From positions 27,788-91,787 of the forward strand of contig JBMOKG010000008.1 in the NCBI GenBank assembly GCA_049315385.1: DNA of 64,000 nucleotides, read 5' to 3'. Position 1 is the stretch's first letter. Each line of letters opens with the position of its first letter. Below, in pieces: positions 59,454 through 64,000 of this stretch. The notes beneath the pieces were generated by a model. The model searched no databases. It saw only the letters and a program-made list of their open reading frames with translations, and was not told the DNA's origin. A program made the translations under genes and the position numbers. The stretch comes from Bacteroidales bacterium (GTDB lineage Bacteria; Bacteroidota; Bacteroidia; Bacteroidales; JACABE01).

Positions 59454-60173
59454 ATGGAAGGATTTAATTATTATAATATATTCGACACCAAGGGCATTGA
59501 ATATATTGCTATTATCGCATTTTTTATTATTTTGATACCTTTTTGGATTATATTGAATAAAAGCGAAGAAATAAAGAACAAAATTAAAGAAGTATTTAGC
59601 ATTTTGACATTTGATACTTTAAAAATTCCTCAAGGTATTTTTTATAGCAAAAATCATACTTGGGCATATTTGGAAAAATCAGGTGATGCTTCTGTTGGTA
59701 TAGACGACTTTCTTATACATTCAACTGGAGATGTTAAATTACATATTCTTAAAAATTCTAATGATCTCATTTCAAAGGGAGACTTGATTACAGAAATAAT
59801 AAAAGATGATAAAATTCTTAAAATTTTTTCACCAATATCTGGGAAAATTGTAAAAAGCAATGTTCAACTTGATAATGAACCAACATTGTTAAATATTGAT
59901 CCTTATGGTAAAGGCTGGATTTATAAAATAAAACCTTCAAAATGGATCGATGAAACTCAAACTTTATTTTTAGCTGAGGATGCAACAAATTGGTCAAAAT
60001 CGGAAATGCAACGGTTTAAAGATTTTATGGCATTGTCAACTAAAAAATATTCAAATGAAAATAATTTAGCGATACTTCAGGATGGAGGTGAATTAGTTGA
60101 TCATCCGCTTTCGGAACTTTCTCGAAATGTATGGCTGGATTTTCAGGAAAATTTTCTAAAACCTAAAGACTAA
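59454..60173 (+). CDS. membrane-anchored GcvH-like protein, paralogue 2
   Basis: Same architecture as 56585-57274: TM helix, NHTWAY, VGIDDF, SPISGKI, DPYGKGWIYKIKPS, then LQDGGELVDHPL...WLDFQ. Confidence 0.75.
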   Translation: MEGFNYYNIFDTKGIEYIAIIAFFIILIPFWIILNKSEEIKNKIKEVFSILTFDTLKIPQGIFYSKNHTWAYLEKSGDASVGIDDFLIHSTGDVKLHILKNSNDLISKGDLITEIIKDDKILKIFSPISGKIVKSNVQLDNEPTLLNIDPYGKGWIYKIKPSKWIDETQTLFLAEDATNWSKSEMQRFKDFMALSTKKYSNENNLAILQDGGELVDHPLSELSRNVWLDFQENFLKPKD

Positions 60174-60334
60174 ATTCTTAAATATCAAATTAATGATCCA
60201 AATCCTTACTTTTTTAATCCTTTGATTTTAATAGTTTTATTACAATTTACTAGAATTAAGTATAAATTCTTTCAATAATCTTACTGAATTTATAATTATA
60301 GTTGAATTATTCAACATATTAATGAATATTTTAT

Positions 60335-60342
60335 TAAATTTG
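60335..60342 (+). promoter_or_regulatory. candidate -7 promoter box (TAAATTTG) for the kinase/regulator pair
   Basis: TAnnTTTG match about 26 nt upstream of the ATG at 60368. Confidence 0.35.
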
Positions 60343-60367
60343 TAGTTTATTAAATCACTTAGAAATA

Positions 60368-62026
60368 ATGGCAATAAAATTCAGAGATTTACTTGAAAGT
60401 CCATTACTTAAAAAGTATTTAAAAATCCGGTCCTCAATATATGGTCGTGTTGTCCTAATCATCGTTATTTTTTCGATATTTCTTTTTGTTTCATTTGGAA
60501 TAATCTTCCGATCAGTCAACGAAGAATATATGAAAAATCTCATTCATCAACGTGGCACTAATGCAGCTCTAATGGTCAGAAGTGCATTATATCAGTCAAT
60601 GTTGGAAAATAATAAAACCTCTCTTCAGACTACACTGGATGTTATAAACAGAATGTCAGGAATTGATGAAGTAAATTTATATAATAGTAATGAAAATCTT
60701 GTTTATTCGTCTTTTTCTTCAAACACTTCAGGACATAGTAATCCCAATTGCTTAGAATGTCATAAGAGTATTAAATCTATATTACCCGAAAAAGATAATT
60801 TTTCAAAAATCATAGAGATTAATAGTGAATGTGAAATGAATCAAAATGACAATGCTCACAGGCATTTACTAATCAATTCACCTATTCAGAACGAGAAATC
60901 ATGTTATACCAGTTCGTGTCATGCACATCCACAAAGCGAAAAAATTTTAGGTTCACTTGTAATAAAAATCCCTTTAGAAAACCTTGATACAACGCTTGAG
61001 AAGTCATCAATGGATTTCTATCTATTAGCTACACTAACAACACTATTATTGTTGGGCTTTCTTATATTTTTCACCAGTAAAAAGATTAAAAATCCTTTAA
61101 ATGCATTAATAAATGCAAGTGATGCTGTTTCGAAAGGAGACAATAATATGAGACTTGAAATAAAACCTAATCAGCTGGATGACATGAGAATGGTTTCATT
61201 AGCATTTAATCACATGCTGGATAATTTACAGTCTGCTAATATAGAATTACAAAACTGGTCCCAACAACTTGAATACAAAGTCAGGATAAAATCTGAAGAA
61301 TTAGGTCAAGCTCAAAATGAATTAATAAATATTGAAAAGATAGCTTCTTTAGGGAAATTATCCCTTTCTGTTGCTCATGAAATCAACAATCCTCTATCAG
61401 GAATTTTAATTTACACAAAATTAGTTCAAAAGCAATTGCTAAATCAGGAATTAGAAGCAGGTAAAAAGGAAATGGTTTTGAAACATTTGAAAATGATAGA
61501 GAATGAAACAAAACGTTGCGGTGATATCGTAAAAGGTTTATTGGATTTCTCAAGAAAAGATCAAAACTTTTTCGAAGATAAACATTTGCATGAAGTGCTA
61601 AGAGAAACAAGTGATTTGATGAATCACTCAATGAAAATTGCCAAGATATTTTTCACAACTGATTTTTTAGCAAATAATGATCTTGTTTATTGTAGTCCCA
61701 ATCAGATTAAACAAGCTTGTATTGCTATTTTAGTAAATGCATCAGAAGCTGTCACTGAAAATGGTGAAGTCTTCTTTAAAACATACAATCCGGACGAAAA
61801 TCAAATTTGTATAGAAATCACAGATAATGGTTCAGGAATAAATGAAGAAGATATTCCTCATATTTTCGAGCCTTTCTTTTCTACAAAATATAATACCAGA
61901 GGAACTGGTTTGGGATTAGCAATCGTTCATGGAATTATACAAAGTCATAACGGCAAAATCGAATTAAAATCAGATGTAGGAAAAGGAACGAGAATTTCAA
62001 TTTTATTACCTTTAAAACGAAAATAA
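60368..62026 (+). CDS. sensor histidine kinase with extracytoplasmic haem-c-motif domain
   Basis: Two TM helices flank a ~180-aa loop containing CLECH (60749-60763) and CYTSSCH (60902-60922). A HAMP-like linker follows, then the H-box SVAHEINNPL and ATPase boxes DNGSGI and GTGLGLAI. Confidence 0.85.
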   Translation: MAIKFRDLLESPLLKKYLKIRSSIYGRVVLIIVIFSIFLFVSFGIIFRSVNEEYMKNLIHQRGTNAALMVRSALYQSMLENNKTSLQTTLDVINRMSGIDEVNLYNSNENLVYSSFSSNTSGHSNPNCLECHKSIKSILPEKDNFSKIIEINSECEMNQNDNAHRHLLINSPIQNEKSCYTSSCHAHPQSEKILGSLVIKIPLENLDTTLEKSSMDFYLLATLTTLLLLGFLIFFTSKKIKNPLNALINASDAVSKGDNNMRLEIKPNQLDDMRMVSLAFNHMLDNLQSANIELQNWSQQLEYKVRIKSEELGQAQNELINIEKIASLGKLSLSVAHEINNPLSGILIYTKLVQKQLLNQELEAGKKEMVLKHLKMIENETKRCGDIVKGLLDFSRKDQNFFEDKHLHEVLRETSDLMNHSMKIAKIFFTTDFLANNDLVYCSPNQIKQACIAILVNASEAVTENGEVFFKTYNPDENQICIEITDNGSGINEEDIPHIFEPFFSTKYNTRGTGLGLAIVHGIIQSHNGKIELKSDVGKGTRISILLPLKRK

Positions 62027-62038
62027 AGAGAACATATA

Positions 62039-63391
62039 ATGAGTAAAAAAATTTCAATTTTAATCGTTGATGATGAAGATTCAGTAAGAGACTCTCTTTT
62101 CAATTGGTTTATCGAAGATGGCTATCGTGTTGAATGTGCAGAGAATGCAAAGATAGCATTGTCAAAACTTGAATTTGAAAATTTTGACATTATTCTAGCA
62201 GATATAAAAATGCCGGGTATGGATGGCCTTGAAATGTTAAGAAGAATAAAATCATTAAAAAATGATTCTATTGTAATTGTTATGACAGCATTTGCCACGG
62301 TAGATACGGCTGTTCAGGCATTAAAAGACGGTGCTTTTGATTATATAACAAAACCTTTTGATCCTGATGATTTGTCTCATCTAATTCGAAATGCCACTAA
62401 ACAAATTTCATTGCTGAAAGAAAACGAAAATCTTAAAGAAAGAGTCATTACACTTGAGAATGTCGAAGATTTGGTTGGAAAAAGCGAAGGAATGAAAAAA
62501 GTACTTAAAGAGGTTGAAAGTGTAGCACAATCAAATACTTCCGTTATTATTACAGGAGAAAGCGGCACAGGAAAAGAATTGATAGCTAAAGCTATTCACG
62601 CCAATTCTTCACGGAAATTCTTTCCGTTGGTAAGTGTTCATTGTGGAGCATTGTCAGATAGTTTACTGGAAAGTGAGTTGTTTGGTCATGAAAAAGGTGC
62701 ATTCACTGGAGCAATGTACAATCGTAAAGGCCGATTTGAAATGGCCGATAGTGGAACTATTTTTCTAGATGAAATTGCAACTATTTCTACTAAGATGCAG
62801 GTTGAATTATTGCGTGTTATTGAAACAAAATCTTTTATCAGAGTAGGTGGAAATAAAGAAATAAATTCTGACTTCAGGGTAATTTGCGCTACAAACCGGA
62901 ATTTAAAACAAATGGTTGAAGAAGGTAGTTTTCGGGAAGATTTATTTTACCGTTTAAATGTCGTAAATATTCACGTACCACCTCTTCGTGAAAGAAGAGA
63001 AGACATTCCTTTACTGACAGAATATTTCATTAAAAAGTATTGCACTTCGATGAGTAAACCTGGAATACAGATTGATTCTTCTGCCTTGAAACGTTTGGAA
63101 GAATTTGATTTCCCAGGTAATATACGAGAACTTGAAAATATGATAGAACGTGCTATAGTCATTGGTAATGGAAAAAAAATCACATTAAAAGATCTCCCTT
63201 TTGAAAAAAGCAGCACACATAGTTCTTTAGAAAGCCTTGATGAACAGGAGAAAATACATATAGCTCAAATTTTAATTAAATATGATTGGAATATTTCACG
63301 GACAGCAAAAGCATTACAGGTTGACAGAGTAACTCTTTATAATAAAATAAAGAAATACAACTTAAAATCCTCGGAATCTAAACAATCCTAA
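62039..63391 (+). CDS. sigma-54-dependent response regulator (NtrC family)
   Basis: REC domain (DIILADIKMPGMDG), AAA+ Walker A GESGTGKE, the sigma-54 contact loop GAFTGA, and a C-terminal Fis-type HTH. Confidence 0.93.
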   Translation: MSKKISILIVDDEDSVRDSLFNWFIEDGYRVECAENAKIALSKLEFENFDIILADIKMPGMDGLEMLRRIKSLKNDSIVIVMTAFATVDTAVQALKDGAFDYITKPFDPDDLSHLIRNATKQISLLKENENLKERVITLENVEDLVGKSEGMKKVLKEVESVAQSNTSVIITGESGTGKELIAKAIHANSSRKFFPLVSVHCGALSDSLLESELFGHEKGAFTGAMYNRKGRFEMADSGTIFLDEIATISTKMQVELLRVIETKSFIRVGGNKEINSDFRVICATNRNLKQMVEEGSFREDLFYRLNVVNIHVPPLRERREDIPLLTEYFIKKYCTSMSKPGIQIDSSALKRLEEFDFPGNIRELENMIERAIVIGNGKKITLKDLPFEKSSTHSSLESLDEQEKIHIAQILIKYDWNISRTAKALQVDRVTLYNKIKKYNLKSSESKQS

Positions 63392-63511
63392 AACTTATAA
63401 GAATATTAAATTCAAAATTCTTTTATTTTTAAGATCCGAAATCTTTGATAAATACTCTTTAGAAATTAAATTATACAGCATAATATAAATGCTTTCTACA
63501 ATTATTTTTGA

Positions 63512-64000
63512 ATGGATTTAAATAATATCACATTAATAACTTTCGGTTACTTCGATAACGATTTTCTTAACAAAATTGCAGAAAATATTCATCGCGAATT
63601 TCACATCTCTATACAAATTAAAGAAGCACATATCGATATAAGTGAGTTTTATAATCCTGCTCGACGCCAATATGATGCCAATAAACTTTTATACCTGATT
63701 GAAAAAGATTATTCATCAGATGAAGCAAAGACCATTGGATTATTTAATATCGATTTATTTATACCTATTTTCACATATATTTTTGGTCAGGCTTTTTTAA
63801 GTGGAAAAACAGGAATTGCTTCTGCTTTTAGATTAAGCAATGAACGCTATGGAATTAAACCTGACAAAGCTCTTTATTTAGAACGTGTAAGTAAAGAAAT
63901 TATACATGAACTTGGCCATACTTTTGGGTTGATTCATTGTTCTATTCCTGATTGTGTCATGAGATCAGGAACTTATGTCGAAGATATTGATCAAAAAGAT
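63512..64000 (+). CDS. archaemetzincin-family zinc metallopeptidase (3' end outside window)
   Basis: Hand translation from the ATG at 63512 gives MDLNNITLITFGY ... HELGHTFGLIHCSIPDCVM, i.e. the HExxHxxGxxxC...C.M archaemetzincin signature. The frame stays open to the window end. Confidence 0.75.
   Translation, partial: MDLNNITLITFGYFDNDFLNKIAENIHREFHISIQIKEAHIDISEFYNPARRQYDANKLLYLIEKDYSSDEAKTIGLFNIDLFIPIFTYIFGQAFLSGKTGIASAFRLSNERYGIKPDKALYLERVSKEIIHELGHTFGLIHCSIPDCVMRSGTYVEDIDQKD

Noticed and set aside
59158-62568. Minus-strand ORFs 59158-59394, 59654-59860, 60355-60543, 61383-61631 and 62377-62568 (and 62971-63216 just beyond this span).
   Set aside because: All are antisense to well-supported plus-strand genes of the redox locus.
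1-64000. Search by eye for rRNA, tRNA (T-loop GGTTCGAATCC-like strings), CRISPR repeat-spacer arrays, transposase or integrase genes and prophage modules.
   Set aside because: None was recognised. The only tandem or direct repeats found are the coding repeats and short spacer repeats listed above. A covariance-model scan (tRNAscan/Rfam) is still needed to exclude small RNAs.

Overview
AT-rich window with Bacteroidota-type organisation: T9SS C-terminal sorting domains, TAnnTTTG -7 promoter boxes, no Shine-Dalgarno dependence, and a str-S10-spc-alpha ribosomal supercluster lacking tuf and adk. Positions 1-15952 (minus strand) hold an uninterrupted rpsL-rpsG-fusA-rpsJ...secY-map-infA-rpmJ-rpsM-rpsK block; rpmJ and rpmD fall below the ORF-track cutoff and were hand-translated. 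Next come small housekeeping and accessory genes (HAD nucleotidase, VOC protein, AIM24/TIGR00266), a nucleotide-sugar block (ugd, UDP-glucuronate decarboxylase, rfbD, phosphoglucomutase), and an orphan leaderless trypsin-fold protease flanked by 12-bp direct repeats. A thrA-thrB-thrC operon follows, with a clear Thr/Ile-rich leader peptide and a terminator/antiterminator attenuator. After that: a vWA T9SS protein, a translationally coupled DUF2157-DUF4401-GDYXXLXY membrane triad, a GIFSI-repeat mini-protein, a membrane LytTR regulator, and an S41 peptidase broken by one in-frame TAA. Further on are an SPFH protein, an archaeal-type GatE-like orphan, transporters, cdaA, and a 1935-aa T9SS protein built from four ~1.2-kb tandem repeats. 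The most unusual locus is 56.5-63.4 kb. A -24/-12 (sigma-54-like) promoter precedes a four-gene set: a TM-anchored GcvH-like protein, a Tat-exported HybA-like 4x[4Fe-4S] protein, a NrfD/HybB-like membrane subunit, and a second TM-anchored GcvH-like paralogue. No catalytic subunit is present. It is followed by a sensor kinase whose extracytoplasmic loop carries CXXCH and CX4CH haem-c motifs, and by an NtrC-type sigma-54 activator. I recognised no rRNA, tRNA, CRISPR array, transposase or integrase. All functional calls rest on motif recognition by eye, not on database searches.
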